From contig UYFQ01000162.1 of assembly GCA_900617105.1 (NCBI GenBank), forward strand, positions 1 to 64,000: a stretch of 64,000 nt of DNA. The letters are read 5' to 3'. Origin of the DNA: Hydrurus foetidus (Eukaryota). Both the position numbers and the translations under genes were made by a program. Shown here piece after piece: positions 45,450 to 60,145 of this stretch. The number at the start of each line of letters is the position of its first letter. The first letter of the stretch is position 1. The notes under the pieces were generated by a model. It searched no databases, had not been told where the DNA came from, and saw nothing but the letters and a program-made list of their open reading frames with translations.

Positions 45450-48400
45450 CTACGCACTGAATTCCGATGACGACTGTGTTCTCAATTTCTTCTTGAAGTA
45501 TCCTTCCGCAGATTTCCTGAATTTGCCGGAGGGTGCGAGGAGTTTACCACTGCCCCCCGACCCTGCTCGTCCTGATCCCGCTCCGATCCGCATCTTCCTC
45601 TTGTCCGACGGAATGATGATAGGAATGGGCTTGCTGGTGGTGCTGACATCAGGCTTTGTTTGAGCGACTGCTTTGACAGTGCTGCTGCTGCTCACAGCCT
45701 CACTATCTCCATCACCGTCGCTACTGCTTGTGACACTCTTCTGGGCGTTGTTATCAGTTGCGCCTCCTCTCCACTTATTCCCTCCTGTCTGTGGCGGTTT
45801 CGCAGCTTGAGCGGCTTTTTTCACACCTCGTGAAAGTGAAAACTTTTCATCTCGAGCTTTTTTCTTCGCCTCCTTGTCGTTGAACAGAGCGGCTGAGTAG
45901 AGACCGTTGAAGATCTTTGAAATATTGTCGTCATGCACTCGCAATGTTTTGGGACTTTCTCTCAGTCCGAAACACTTCGCTAGGTGTCCTAGATGAAGGG
46001 ACTGGTAAAAGATAAAAAGAGAAAGAGGGAGGATGAAATGGGAGAGAGGAATTGAAGTAGTGGAATGGAGAGACACTGATAGGAGTGTCACTACTCTTCA
46101 GACGACGCGAACATTCGCGGCAATTGTCAAGAAGACAGAACGACAGGCATCAAGACAGGCAACTCTAGTAAAGGACAGACAAATGCCACCATCGATAAAC
46201 TGTTAGGTAAGCAGATATCGCAAGAGCCAGCTAGAACAGATCGGTAGGAATTGAGGCAGATAACTTGATACGCGGCAATTAGGAACAGTAAGACAGCACC
46301 CAACAAGGTGCGGAGTTTAGTGCAATCATAATAGCAGAATTTGTACTGCGTTAAGAGATACGTTCAAAGTCACTGTCATATGTGGTATACATGATTTATA
46401 TCAAATGTAATTAAATAAGATCGAAATGATTAGAAAATGCCTTCGTGATGCTTATGACATCACGATACCATACGAGGCATACATACAAGCAAACAGAACA
46501 GAAACGAAGGAGGAGTATCACACCTGCACTCTGAATATGCCCTTAGTATCCATGGAGTGCGTGGCGTACGCGCGTACAAAAGATCCGAATGCTTGTCTTG
46601 CTGCACCACCCAGAGGTCTGCATTTTACGATGGTCTGCATTTGATGGGGCAAGTAGGAAAGAAGTTGAGGAACTGAAGATGGGGACAGTTAGATGATGAA
46701 GTTGAGAGAATTGTAGGAGGCGTACTGAGTGGATTAAAGACTATTGAATGATTGTAAAAGAGACTATATCTCAAGTGTCACTGCACTACGTAAAGAGTAG
46801 AGTAGCGCCGGAAGTGTAGGAAAGAGATCAAAATCGGGGAAGCATAAACAGTACCGAGCTTGGATAAAATAAACATGAATGAAGGCAAGGGTCACAAAAG
46901 AGATTCAAGAAAGATCGCAACAGTTCACACCAACATCAAACATAATGACCATACGTTACGTGACGTATGTACCGTTTCGAGTCTTCTTTGGAGCACGACA
47001 GCTGTCATTTCATCAATGTTCTTGAACTTCTTTGCCCCTGGGATGGACTTGGAACCGTCCACGAACAGAGACTGCAGAGACAGCGCCTCAGGCACAAGAC
47101 TAAAATAATTAAAAACGTTACAATTAGACAAAGACACGGTATTGGAGTAGTGGCTTTTGTTTGTTGGATTCTTGAGGTGAGTGATACAAGTTCCCATAAA
47201 ACTATTATACGTAGACTGCTGTTATGCAGGGGATCTCTAGATCTACTGTGGTATTGGTTGTAGTGGGCGCCGAAAATGAGATTAGAGGGCTCGAGGGTAG
47301 AAGATTTGCAAATAAGCTACATTGTACTACACTACACCGCACCGCACTGCACTTCACTGCACCTTGCTACACTGTATCAAGCGTTACACTGCACTGCGTC
47401 GTACTATACTTCACTACAGTGCACTTTACCATACTACACTACTCTTCACTTCGCTGCATTACATTACAAAACATCACAGTGAATTAAACTGCACTACACT
47501 ACACACTATTAAGGTACACAACACTAGAGTACACCACACTACTGGACAACGCGCTAGACTTCGCCGCATTACGCTACGCCACACTACACTGCATTTCACT
47601 GCACCACACTACACTACGCTGCACTGCACCACAACGCACCTGTGAGATCCTAAGAGAGTGACGTACGAAGCTTCCGAAGGGAGCAAGAACAACAGGGCCG
47701 ACCCTTGTCGACCCCTTCTGGCCGTTCGACCCACTCTATGCACGTACTGGAATGTACAACATGGCGATTAGAATAGAGTGTGGATAGTTGAGATAAAGGT
47801 GAGTGAGAAGGAGGTATGGACCGCTTTCGGGAGTATAAGGAATATGTGGAGAGAGAGGATGAGGTAAAAGAGAAAGGAGGAAGGATGCATCGATAGACAG
47901 TTTAAACAGACATCAGTGTCTCTGTCTCAGTCAGGGTCAGTGACTGTGTCATTCAAAGGAGACGAGTAGAAAAGGTGAGAGAGGATGAAAGCAAAGGAGA
48001 TGGAGTACTCACGTCTGTGGTGTCGCAGGGCGGGTCGTACTGCAGTATCCAGTCTACCTCGGGGAGATCTAACCCACGAGCAGCGACGTCTAGAGACAAG
48101 TACAAGCACAAGGGAGACACAAGGTCATTGAAATACAGTGTAAATGAGTAAGATTTATCTCCTTGATGCTGGTGAAAGCAAAATTTTATCCCGCATCACA
48201 CTATAAACACTCTATACGGTCTCTCCTTTTCACCTGTGCAAAGCATAATCCCACTCTTAGCTTTGCAGAAATCTTTGTAGACTGTTTGCCGCACATTCTG
48301 CGGAACGTTCCCATGCAGTCTGTACATGAGACAATCGTCACCGAACATGCCGGAGAAGGAAGATGGAAGGGGTTCTATGAAGTCGCTCCTATTGCTGCTG

Positions 48401-51400
48401 CTTTGTGGTGTGTCCTCTAGTCTGTCTTTCTTGTATCCCTTTCCATTGCCGTTGCTGCCGCTGGATGCGTGTCCGAAGCGACTTCCACCCCCTCCCTCCG
48501 AGTCTAAGAAGAGAATCGTAATTTAATTGAAAATAATGATAATAAAAGAGGCGGAAAAAAGAATGTTACCCTTGAAAACTATCGATAAAGTTGGAGTCAG
48601 TGATGATAGCAATAAAAGAGAGATAAGGTAGTGCAGCGAAGAGAGAAAGAGAATAAACGACAGAAAAGACAGATTGAGAGCGTAGAACAGAGGGAGATGC
48701 AGAGGAATGGAGAGAGACTCAGTGTGTCCCCACCTGTCTGTCCTTCTATGGCGGCATCGAGGTCCAGGGGCCACTCCGTCTCTCGGAACAACAGGGCGTG
48801 GAAGTCAACAGAGTCACAAGTTGAGAAAAACACCATCACCTACAGAGGTTGAAAAATAGGGTAGGGGGAATAAGGCGAAAGGGAGTAATGTCACCAGAGA
48901 GATATGGCAGGGTGGAGAAGACAATACAGCATATGATGCTCAGTTATATGTACTCTGTTCAGATGGACAATTTATTCTGCTACGATAAGATAGATGGCGT
49001 GAACTGCTCTGATCTGATGCGATGTGATATGGTGTGATATGATCTGATGTGATGTGATATGATATAATTCATTCTAATGTGCAGTGACGTATTGTGACCT
49101 AATCTGTACCTTTTGGTGTGCGTGTGTCTTCAAGAAGCAGAGTAGAGCTGCCAGACGCCACTTGCACGTCACCATCATGTAGTACTGGGCCAGCTGTTTA
49201 GGTGCTTCCATGACCTATTAAGAGAGAGAGAAAGAGATGCACCATGTAAAAAGAGTCAGGGATACCTCGTTAAAGAAGAGATGTCGTATGGAATGCTGAG
49301 AGAAATGCGTTGTGAAGAATTGCAGGGGAGTAAAGGGAGGATGGGGAGATAGGCGCCAAATGTGGTAATCATATAGTAGTAAGTGAAGAGAGGAAAGGGG
49401 AAATGATATGGAATCGTAGTGATTTGAGTCATGCAGGCTTTCATTTCTTCAGGTAGTGTGACGTCAGCTATGACGTACCTCTCCCTTCTCTAAATTAGTG
49501 CGTAGCTTCTTACTTCCCATGGCACTCTTTCCCCCTCTCCCTTTCTCAACCTCTTCATCATCTCCATCCTCATCTCCATCTCGCACCCCACTCCCATTCC
49601 CCACCGCCTTCGTCCCCGCCACCTCTCCATCAAGCCTACCCGTGTCTTTTCCCAGATCCATCAGATCGGATGCGTTCACTATGTAGTCCACAGCTTCTCT
49701 GTCTGAGAGTGTGAGTGTAAGTATGAGTACGTGCCATAGAGTGGTAGTGAAGTTAGTGAGTGCTGTTGTGAGTTGCTTAGGCAAATATGTTTTATTGACT
49801 ATAATTGACCTAAAGTGGACGAACAACATGACATCACTGTCACATAAATGCTTCGCGGTTATTTCCGATATTATTGAGTCCCATGGTATTAGAAGGACAG
49901 CATAGGATATGATAGGAAAAGATGGGCAGAGAGTATGAGCGTTGAAGTACCAGTGGTAGTAGCTCACCTGAGTCAACCACTACGAACCCTGCGCCTCCCA
50001 TGACTGGCATCGCGAGCTGTCTCACACCTCCAGTGCAAGAATTGAAATGCAGTCAGATAATTGGGTGATACATTATGGTTGTTCGTAAGGGATTGCAGTG
50101 TTCTGTGTGTATCATCGATTGCTGAGGCGAAGTACTTGATAAAATGTAGATATCATCGGTGGCATAGACAATGACGATAACAACAACGATACGAAGTGTT
50201 GTTGGCAGCAATACTGTAAGACCAAGATAATGTTAAAAATCACTAAGACTAGTGAAAGCAGTAAAATCAGTAAGACCAGTCACTGAGACCAAAACAATGG
50301 TAACATCAATAACATAAATAGCAATAAGAACAGTAAAAGCAGAGGATGAAGACTTACTTCTAGTGAGTGTAGCAGATGCCATCATGTGGAACAAGCCGTC
50401 ACCGCTGTCAACTTGTTTCGCCAGGAGCGCTTCCTGCTGGTTGTATCGCTGTCGCATTGATCCGCCTTGAGATTTGGCCTACAGGAGGAGCAGAGGAAGG
50501 AGTTGAGGGGAGTTGGAGGAAAGGAGTAAGGAGGGAAGAGAGAGTTAGAGTGGGGAGAGAAGGAGGAGGGACGGAGGAGGGAGAGTGTGAAGGAAGAAGG
50601 GGGAAAGACAGGGAGGGAGGAGGGAAACAGTTAGGAAAAAGGTGTAAAGGAGAGGGACATAAGGTGGGAGAAAGGGAAGAGGAAGGAGTGAAAGATAGAG
50701 TTGCAGATTGAGGTGGAGAGAGTCACCATTTTGTTTGAGATATAAAGAGATGCAAGCTTTACGCACAGAACACTACCCATCATATCAAACGCAGAAGGAG
50801 TGGTAAGAAAGTGTAGTCGCTGACACTTCAACAAAGGTCAGTAGAAAGAGACCGCTACTAAAAAACAAATCAGACAGCATAACTGTGCTGCATCTCCTCA
50901 CATAAAAATAAATCACCATGGACATGAAACAAAATACAAAACACAAAACACAAAATATATTTGCTACACTAGTGCACTTTCTTTTGAACACACCTCTCTG
51001 TCTTTGAGACCAGGGAGTCTCTCTCCTCTGATGGTGCTCAAGATTTCTAAGATTGTTTGTTCGAACCCGAGATCCAACAGTCTGTCCACCTCATCCAGAA
51101 CAACCCATCTAAAAATGATGAAGTAATTTAAGTTTTGGTATGCTATAAGTACATGTATTCCACAAGTAAGTACGCATGTAATGGAAATAAGATTGAGGGA
51201 GCATTTGGTGCTTCGATACGAAGCATGTTCTAACGCGAACAAGATAATTACAGTTTATGGTAATACACAGAATACAGTAGGTGAGAAATCGCACCTGAGT
51301 TTATTGAGTGTGAAGGACTCCGTGCTCTTCAAATGATCCAAAAGACGCCCTAAAGGGGGAAAGAAAAGAAGGGTTAACAGGAAGGAGTAAGAGAGATGTG

Positions 51401-52774
51401 GGGAGGGAAGAAAGAGTTGAAAGGGAAAAGAGAACGAGGGTCGAAAAGGGGAACGAATAAAAATGCGGCTCAGGGAAGGAGATAAATATGAATTGGAGAC
51501 GGAATGCCGTGAGCTTTGGTAAATGAATTGCTGGACTGGGCTTACTGTTCATGTATTTCAGGTAGTGATGTCATATCGCAGACTTGGTATAGTGGGTCAT
51601 AATTTGAGACCGAGAAGTTCTTAGAATGAAGAGTGCGTCAGTGTAAGGAACAAAAACAAAACAGAATGCGGAATGTCTAACCAGGGGTGCCTACAAGAAC
51701 AGTAACTCCTTTCCGAAGTCGGGCCTTTTCGCTCTTCTTTTTCTCCCCCCCCGTGATGCTTCCTCCCACTATCCACACACAGCACTGAGTGAGTTTCGCT
51801 AGTACGTCAGCTATTTGACTGCATAGCTCTCTAGTAGGGGCTATTACTAGTGCCCTCGTTCCGTCCCCCCTTTTCAAAGCAGGAACCAGACCCATTAAAT
51901 CGTTGAGGAGTGGAATTAAATAGGCCAAGGTCTTTCCGGAACCGGTTTGACTTTTCATCAAAATGTTCTGAGGTTTTGTCAGCAACGGAACAACGACACT
52001 CTGGATTCTTGTCGAAGAGAGTAGACCCATGCCACCCTGATACGTCATTGGGAATCATTTAGTTGGGATATTTTATACCACATGATTTGTTTCATATTAT
52101 GGATAAATCAACGGAACTACTTCTCGTTAATGACAATGAGTTTATCACAACAGAATATCGCGCAGTCAGAGAGTAAGCTGAGTCATTCCATTAATATTTA
52201 CCTCTGCTACGCTCTTCTCTAGTAACCCAGATAGTCTCACGTCTAAAGGTAGGGCTGCAAAAGAAACTCTCGAAAAGATGTGATTCGTTATTGGTGCATC
52301 AGGATCAACATCTCTCGCTCTTTTCAGCGCGTTCTTCGCAAGATCTCTAGGTTTTGCGTGAAATTGCATAGGATCTTCTTGAAAAGTCAGTGTTTTGTGC
52401 TTTGGCTTAGGAACGATCTCTTCCATCTCAACGACTGCTGGGATATCGTGAAACATTCCTAGACCACTTTGCCCCTTAGGCTCCTCACCAACGATTTTCT
52501 TTTTCTGAAGAACTTTCAGATTATTGACAACCTCATCATAGCAGACTTCTGATACAGCAGCTGAGATTTCTTTCTTAACTTTCACTGGGTTTTTCACTGT
52601 TATCGCGCTGCTGGCGGGTTCCTCAATCACAGCTGCTGTCAGCTCATTTGACGCCGACTTTACACTATTGATGGTACTCGCTGATATAGTTGATGATATT
52701 TCATCTAGTTCATCCTCTTCACTGTCGTCATCAAAAATGTTCATGTCAACTTCATCATCGACTTCTATGTTCAT
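45450..52774 (-). CDS. DBP7: DEAD-box RNA helicase DBP7/DDX31, multi-exon
   Basis: [64 protein letters not shown], terminal SEF. Confidence 0.93.
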
Positions 52775-53138
52775 TTCTTATAGCAAAACCTCTGGGCAAA
52801 AAATTGAACCCTCAATGTGTAAAGACTCAGAAGTAGTCCACTAGTCTCAATAGATTTTCCAGAACTACCACATCAATCCGAATTGAGCGTCTTTTTCAGT
52901 AATGAATGTTCTAATCGACTTCTAAACACGCCTATTCGTGGTGGTGAATTGGTTTCTTGATTGTATGTCGCTCACCGCTGTATGTTTTTAGCCATTAAAT
53001 GGACCCTTAAATGCTTTCAACGCTACTTCTCATTACAACGTTGTCACTATAAGCGCAATTGCGAGAATTTTGATGGGTTTGTTGGAGTGGTAGGTAACTG
53101 TCAAATCTGCTCAGTTTTCAGAGCGACCATTGATAGCC

Positions 53139-56100
53139 ATGGACGTTATTTTTTCCTCTCTTACACATGGCGCAAAATTCAGCAAAAAGCGCAATGCATC
53201 TTCACTTGAGCTATTTGCGAAAGCATCAGGTGCGAAAAATGCCGATTGGTTGACATCGCTGCAAAATTGCAGGAACTGACTCTCCGTCTACTCAAGAACT
53301 TGACTTCCAAACTCAGTAGTCTATCACTAATTTTCTACTCTTGGGTAGTCAATCAATTAAACAAAATCAATACCTTCCCCATGTTTTCGCTATTTAAACT
53401 GCGCTCTTCAAAAACTTTTAACAGAGCCGAAGAAACTCTCGAAAAGGAAGATAGATTTGTTTGGAACAGAGGATTCAGAAAGTGATAGTGATGAGCTTGC
53501 TGTAGCTGATAGCGGCGCAAACACCTCGTCGACAGGAATTAAAAGCAAAGTAAATACGAGCAAGCTTCACAGTGAAGAAGAAATCAATGCATTTCGAAAC
53601 CGCCTTCAGATTAAAGCAAAGGGAAATAACGTCCCTGACCCTGCGGCTACTTTCAGCGATATGGATATTTTCCAAGATCTGAAACCTGTTATCATAGCCA
53701 ATATTGAGGAATCACGGTGGAAGGATCCTACGCCTATTCAGATGCAGGCAATCACTGTCATGCTCAAAGGTACCATCCCTTTCGATTTGCTATGTGTCTT
53801 GGAATGATATATTTTGTGATCTTTCAAAACCACAGAAATGTTTGCATGAATGACCTCCTGCCCTAGATTTTTGATTATAGTTATAATTTAGTGAGTTTCC
53901 ATCAGACAGTATGCTGATTTATTGCTATAACATGTTGCGAGAAAGCGTCAAACTGAAAATAGTTGTTCAGCCCCCGAAACTGAATCAATCTCCCATCATC
54001 AATCAGGCCGTGACATACTCGCATCTGCACCGACCGGATCCGGTAAAACGGCTGCATTCGTCATACCGGTCTTGTCCCGTTTGGGTGGGCCCAAGAAAGG
54101 GGGTATCAGGGGACTGTTACTGGCTCCTACGAAAGAGTTGGCAGGTAGAAAGAAAATCAGAAAATTACTGGCCAATAGCTATGGCAAGACAACTCTGAAC
54201 TACGACTTAATCTGTAATTAATGCTGTACTCTTTCTTCACATTCTCAGAACAAATACACAGAGAAGCGGTTAGACTGTGCGCAGGCAGAAGGTTGAAAAT
54301 AAGTTTGTTGAAAAAAGTAACGGCTGCTGCTGCACTCGCCAGAAAGGTACGAAAACTCAAATTATCTGAAACAGTACCAAATTATCTGAATCAGAATTAG
54401 AACTAATTTATCTGATTTATCATCAAATTGTAGGATGTATTAAATGGCGTGGACTTGTTGGTGTCCACTCCTCTGCGGCTCCTGGCCCTGATAAATTCCG
54501 GAGAAGTCGATTTAAGCAAAGTTGAAGTTGTGGTGCTGGACGAAGCGGATAAGCTGTTCGAGCTGGATGCACCAGGTGAGTAAATTGATAGGTGTGATGT
54601 GAGTGAAGGGAGAATGGTGTAGTAAGAAATAGAAAGATGGAGAAAGAAAAGGAAAGATGAAGAAAGAAAAAGGAGAGATGAAGAAAGAAAAGGAAAGATG
54701 GAGAAAGAAAAGGAAAGCTGTTATTTCCAGAAGATGATTAGAGGGCAGGAAGTGCTTGACCTGATGATTGATGCAAGGTATGGAGCAGTGCATCGAGGCA
54801 GATAGAGATTGTGTGTGAGAAGTAAATCAGGGATGGCGAAAGGAGCGTGTGCATGTGTGTTAGAGGGACCAGGAGAAGGAATGGAAGCGAAGGACAGTGG
54901 AGGGTGAGAGAATGGTCGAGTGTATGAACGGGGGAGGAAAAAGAAAGAGAGGCGAAATTCTTTGAATCTTTTGGATAAAGTGATAGGAATATAAAAAATT
55001 TCTGATGGCGAAAGGGGAGCAGAGTGTATAGCAGAAGAGTTGCAATTAGAGAGCATTGATAGCTATTCAGCAGTGCAGCATATAACAGCTCTGATGAAGG
55101 ACTTCTTTGAGAGATTTAGTACCAATGTTACCGTTCTTAGTAGACATTTAAAAAAGAAATCATGAATATTTATAATGTATAGGAGGGCGGAGTAATCAAC
55201 ACGACAACAGCGATGACGTAAGCGAAGACGATAAAGAGGAGAAAGAAGAAGCAACCCAAACCAGTTCATCTTTCTTGCGCCAAATAGATGAGATCCTATC
55301 CCGCTGTCCGTCAGAAGGAGTGCAGAGAGGTCTTTTCAGCGCAACAATTGGGCCGTTTGTCAAGGAGCTGGCGTGCACTTTCCTAGTGAATCCTGTGACT
55401 GTGTCTGTTGGGGTTGAAAATAGTGGAGCAAACACGATCGATCAGAAGTTGATATTTGTGGGGAGAGAAGACGGAAAGCTCCTGGCTATACGGCAATTGA
55501 TTCAACAAGGTGCAGTACATCATCGCGTACAAACTGTGCAGAACAGCGCACTAATTCATTGAACAATGTGCATTACGCGAGACAAAGCAAATCATGCATG
55601 TGTTCGTTGTAGCTGTATTAACGAGATATGTAGTATTCTACCTCCCATACTGTCAGTCGTCCATATCTATTTTTCGCAGCATTGGATTGAAACTTTAAAT
55701 TTCTTCGTGCGGTCTCCTTATCTTTCCTCTCTTCTCCAAATTCCACATTCTTTCGTTCCTTTTTTCTTTCCCTACACCCTCATCTTCGCCCTTCACCCAT
55801 CTTTACATTCTTTTCTATCTTACTGTTACCCTGCCCATTACTCTGATTTCTTCCTTTCTCTTCTCTTTCTCTTCTTTCATTTTCCATCCCTTTCACCCTG
55901 TCCCCTGCTCTTATCTCTTTCTCATCCTCTTTCACATCTCTCCCTTTTTATCCCTTCTAGGGCTCAAGCCTCCTGTGTTGCTGTTCTTGCAATCAAAAGA
56001 GAGAGCGAAGGATCTGTTTAGAGAGCTAGCGTACGATGGCATCAATGTAGATATGATTCATGCTGAAAGGTCTCAGCAGCAGAGAGAAGATATTATACGG

Positions 56101-58040
56101 TACTACATTGTACTACTTTTGCAGTATTCTAATCAATGAGCAATATTTATTTATTGCCGCTTACTTTTGATGTCTCCGTTGATGTATCAATTTTCCAGCG
56201 TGAGTTTTGTTTTGCATTCTTTACCACAGCTGGGTGGCCTTCCGCCTATTGCCTCTTCTCAATTCTCCTCTTCTTATCTCTCGTGCTGTTTACTACAACC
56301 TTCAGCGATCTCATTCGATTGTAGATACTTTAATGCCATTACATGGCATCCTTCTCCCTTTCTCATTCTCCTTCATCGAACATAGTCCCATCCAATACCA
56401 CCCTCTCTTCCTCTTCTTCACCACTCATTCTCTACTTCAACTTCCCTCTCCTCTCCTCACTTTTATAGACGGTTTCGCCTCGGAGATATTTGGGTGTTGA
56501 TCTGCACGGACCTGATGGCAAGAGGGGTGGACTTCAAGGGGGTGCAGATGGTTATCAACTACGATCTGCCTCAGGTAACTGGGAGATAGATGATATGTGT
56601 ATGAGAGCAGAATAGAGTCATCACTTTACAATGCAGTTTGAAGTTGTGTGGTGTGATAACGGAGTGTAGTGCTGTGCAGTGTTACGTCATACATCGTTGT
56701 GCAGTGTGATGTAGTGTAGTATAGTGTTGCTTATCAAACGTTATGACCTAGTTTAGTGTAGTGCGTTGTAGTGTGATACACTTAAGGAAGCATATTGCAG
56801 TGTAGCGTGTCTTCTCGTAAATTCTGTATTCCGTCATTGTCTAAGTATTACCGCATATTACGACTGCCACTGACCCTTCATCATCACATCTTTTAATCAC
56901 CCCTCCCTCTCTCTCTTCCTCCCTCCCTCTTACCTTCTCTCTCTCTCTTCCTCTCCCTCTCTCTCTCTCTCGCTTCCTCTCTCTTTTCCAGTCAGCAGTA
57001 GCGTACATCCACCGTATTGGTCGGACAGGCAGGGCGGGAAAGAGGGGAACAGCCGTAACTTTCTTCACGGAGGAGGACATGCCCCGGTTAAGGCCGATTG
57101 CCAACGTTATCAAGGTCAGTGCGACTGTTTCTGTGCATGCATGCCCTTACTCATAAGCCTCTTGAGAATACGTATTTATTCTTCTGGCCGTGTAATGTCT
57201 GTCTGTCTATCTACTCGGGTGCATATCTGTCTCTCTGTCTGTGCATCCTTGTGTTTACTTGCCCGTCTGTCTATCAGTGTGTGTAACTTCAGCCTCTTGA
57301 GGATCCAGATGATGTGATCAGTACAGTTTGCCATAGTTGTGGGTGGGGAAAGAAGAATTTCAACCTGTCTAACCTTGTCTAAGAGTTTAATGGCAGTTAA
57401 AACAATCTAGTCTCATCTTGTCACGTCTTGCCTTGTCATGATTTCTTCGAGAATACACCACTTGAATCTTGAAGTCAACTCCTTCCCTTCCACATCTCGA
57501 TTATTCTCTTCACTCTCTCACTACAACAAATTTTATGACGTCGCATTTCAAATCATTTCATTTCAGATTTCTGGTTGTCCTGTGCCTGACTGGATGCTAT
57601 CCATAAAACAGGTGACATCGCTAATCTTTATCTCACGACAGAATTGTAGGAAATTGATGCAATTTTCAAAATGTTATGTCAGCCACATATGTTATTTACA
57701 CCCCTTATCTTTCATGATGACTGTCGTTTCTTGCATTATTACGACGAGCAACGCGTGAAGTGAATGTGCATGACGTCTACTACCTATCTGACCCATATTA
57801 TTTCCGATCCACCTGTCTGCCCACTTCTATGAACATTGTCATCAACAATTCCTGCAGTACATCATACCTTCCGTCTTCACCAATGTTCTCATATCACATT
57901 ATTCCTCCCTTCAGATGAACACCAAAGAGAAGAGACAGTTGAAAGGAGCCGCGCCTAGAAGAAGGGAAATCAATACGGATATTGAAACTAACAAACACAG
58001 AGTAAAGAAAGACAAAAAGAATAAAAAGGCGGATGTCTAG
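53139..58040 (+). CDS. ROK1: DEAD-box RNA helicase ROK1/DDX52, multi-exon
   Basis: N-terminal [91 protein letters not shown]. Confidence 0.93.
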
Positions 58041-58787
58041 TAGACCGTATAGCTGCATCATGATTTTATCAATGCACTAGTAAATTATTAATTCTGTACC
58101 AATTGCTATGTGATCTCTTTCACTTTTTCGACTACAATCGGCTATTACACTTTGACAAAGAATTACAGAGTGACGAATACGATAGTTTTCGGCAAGTGCA
58201 GAAAACTCATGATTATGAAAGAATAATAAGGGAACACTGTGCAGAGCAATCGTGTTCTGCGCATTAAACTGCTGATAGAGAAGTGACATGAATTTCAACT
58301 TCTACAGCACAGTGCGTTTTCTGAGAGATGACAACGTTTTACATTCTGATAAAATATAGATATCGTGAAATCGAAATGGCCCGTCTTCTCTTCTCCTGTG
58401 CGTCTTTGAAACGTTGAAAAGTTGAATTAATTCATAGTAAAATTGAATTGCAAAGGTGGACTCCATAACACATTCCATTACCTCAAATCTATTAGTTCAA
58501 TCTAATTTGTTCCATTCCACAGCATAAAAAAGTCAATTGAACTTTCCCTATCAATTGGTTATAGATTACTGATGATATCAACTGAAGAAACAAGAACATG
58601 GTCTTATTATGCACATATTTGCTGTGATTATTCGATTTATAATAATCGCAAAATAGGCAGTGGCGTCATTTTACGAAGAAATTCCGAGTGGAAGAAAAAA
58701 GAAAAAAGATGATGAAGTTGGAGGTGATTATACATCTAAGCTGCACATTATTTCCACATTACTTATACTACATTTGCGCATGACTAC

Positions 58788-59698
58788 TTACTGATCCCGT
58801 TCTGTTCTTTTACATACGAGAGGAGGTCTACAAGAGATCTGCCCGTCTTGTGTGGGGTGACATCGAGCTCCTCTAAGGGAGCATCAGCCCGGTTGACCCA
58901 AAAAGTCTTATACCTGATAATAGAAAATATCGTAGTTGTAGTGAATTAGTCGATTAGAAATGCAAAGGTCGATCATAGTGGAGGCACAAAATACAATTTA
59001 AGATGATACTGCTGATCAGATTAGTAACATTTCCTCAATAAATGATCCTCACCCAAACCATGTTGCCCCACACGCGTCCCAGCAGTTGCTCGACACAAAC
59101 AATATTTCCCCCGCTGGCAGACCAAACGCATCCGGGCCGAGTTGATAGACTTCTGGGGCAGACTTGTATTTTGAAACAGAGTCCGCAGAAAGGAGTTGCG
59201 AGAAGTACCCAGACATGCCAGCAGAGTCAACGCCGGCTCCGAGCATAGAGGGAGTGCCGTTGCTGCGAATATCGGAATCTCGTGAGTTGTCATCTTTCAG
59301 ATGGAAATATGCATCAACCATTATTTATTATGTTTGTGAGAATAGCCAAACCTGAGTATAGCCAGCTTAATACCCATCGCCCGAAGGGTTTTCAATACCT
59401 CCACGTTTTCATGGAAGGCAGGCAATTTCATATATAAACCCATGATCTCATTCCGCTGCTCTGTGGTCATATCAATCTTCAATTTCTTGCATGAAAATAC
59501 CAGTGCATCCTCTGTCACTTCCCAGAAAGGCTTGTATTTGCTCGACATCGACCTCAAACGGGTGTATTCAATTTGTTTGTCCCTCCACAGTTCGGAAAGT
59601 GCTTTTCCTTGACCAGGAAAGAGCTGCTCTGCGAGAGCACTGACCGAGTAGACATCGAGCAAAGTCCCGTAGGCATCAAAGGCGATTGCACTGATCAT
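58788..59698 (-). CDS. Haloacid dehalogenase type II (L-2-haloacid dehalogenase-like), 3 exons
   Basis: FDAYGTL, WRDKQIEY, LSNG, YK.APEVY, FVSSN.WD..GA, WVNR. Two GT-AG introns (~59265-59352 and ~58915-59053). Confidence 0.92.
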
Positions 59699-60145
59699 GA
59701 TATTAACAATGTGGATGACTTTGAATTTTCCTGAGAATCTTGGTCGCTCTCGAATGCTCTCAATCGAAATGAAAACTACACTGAACAGTGAACAACTTGA
59801 AGAAGTGTTCAAGCGAAGAACAGCGGACTGTTCCGTGTGTTTCAGCAGGAGATCCGGTTAAGTTTTCAAGTTTTTACTGGCTACATCGCGCAGTCTAAAA
59901 TTTAAAATTTGCATGAATTTTTAGATGGCGGTGCGCAGTGATGTTTGGACCATGAATGACGAAAAGTGCGTCATTCCGAATTGTTGAGGAAGCTGAGATG
60001 AAGTCCACAGTAACATCACTGTTACGTACCAAGGTCTCCAGGATTCATACCTCCATAGTTAGAATCCAACAAGATACAGTACGTATAAAAAGGTTTCCTC
60101 CCTACAGCGTGACGACAGAATTAATTTTACTCGGTCATTATATGA

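Noticed and set aside
40619..58040. Functional cluster of the LOTUS-like protein with neighbouring DEAD-box helicases
   Set aside because: The helicases are housekeeping nucleolar DBP7 and ROK1, not Vasa-like, and adjacency alone is weak evidence in eukaryotes.
59953..59980. Fourth member of the C/D-like family (ATGACGAAA; also at ~13030)
   Set aside because: Lacks the shared hairpin, the guide and a stem-closed distal CCGA box.
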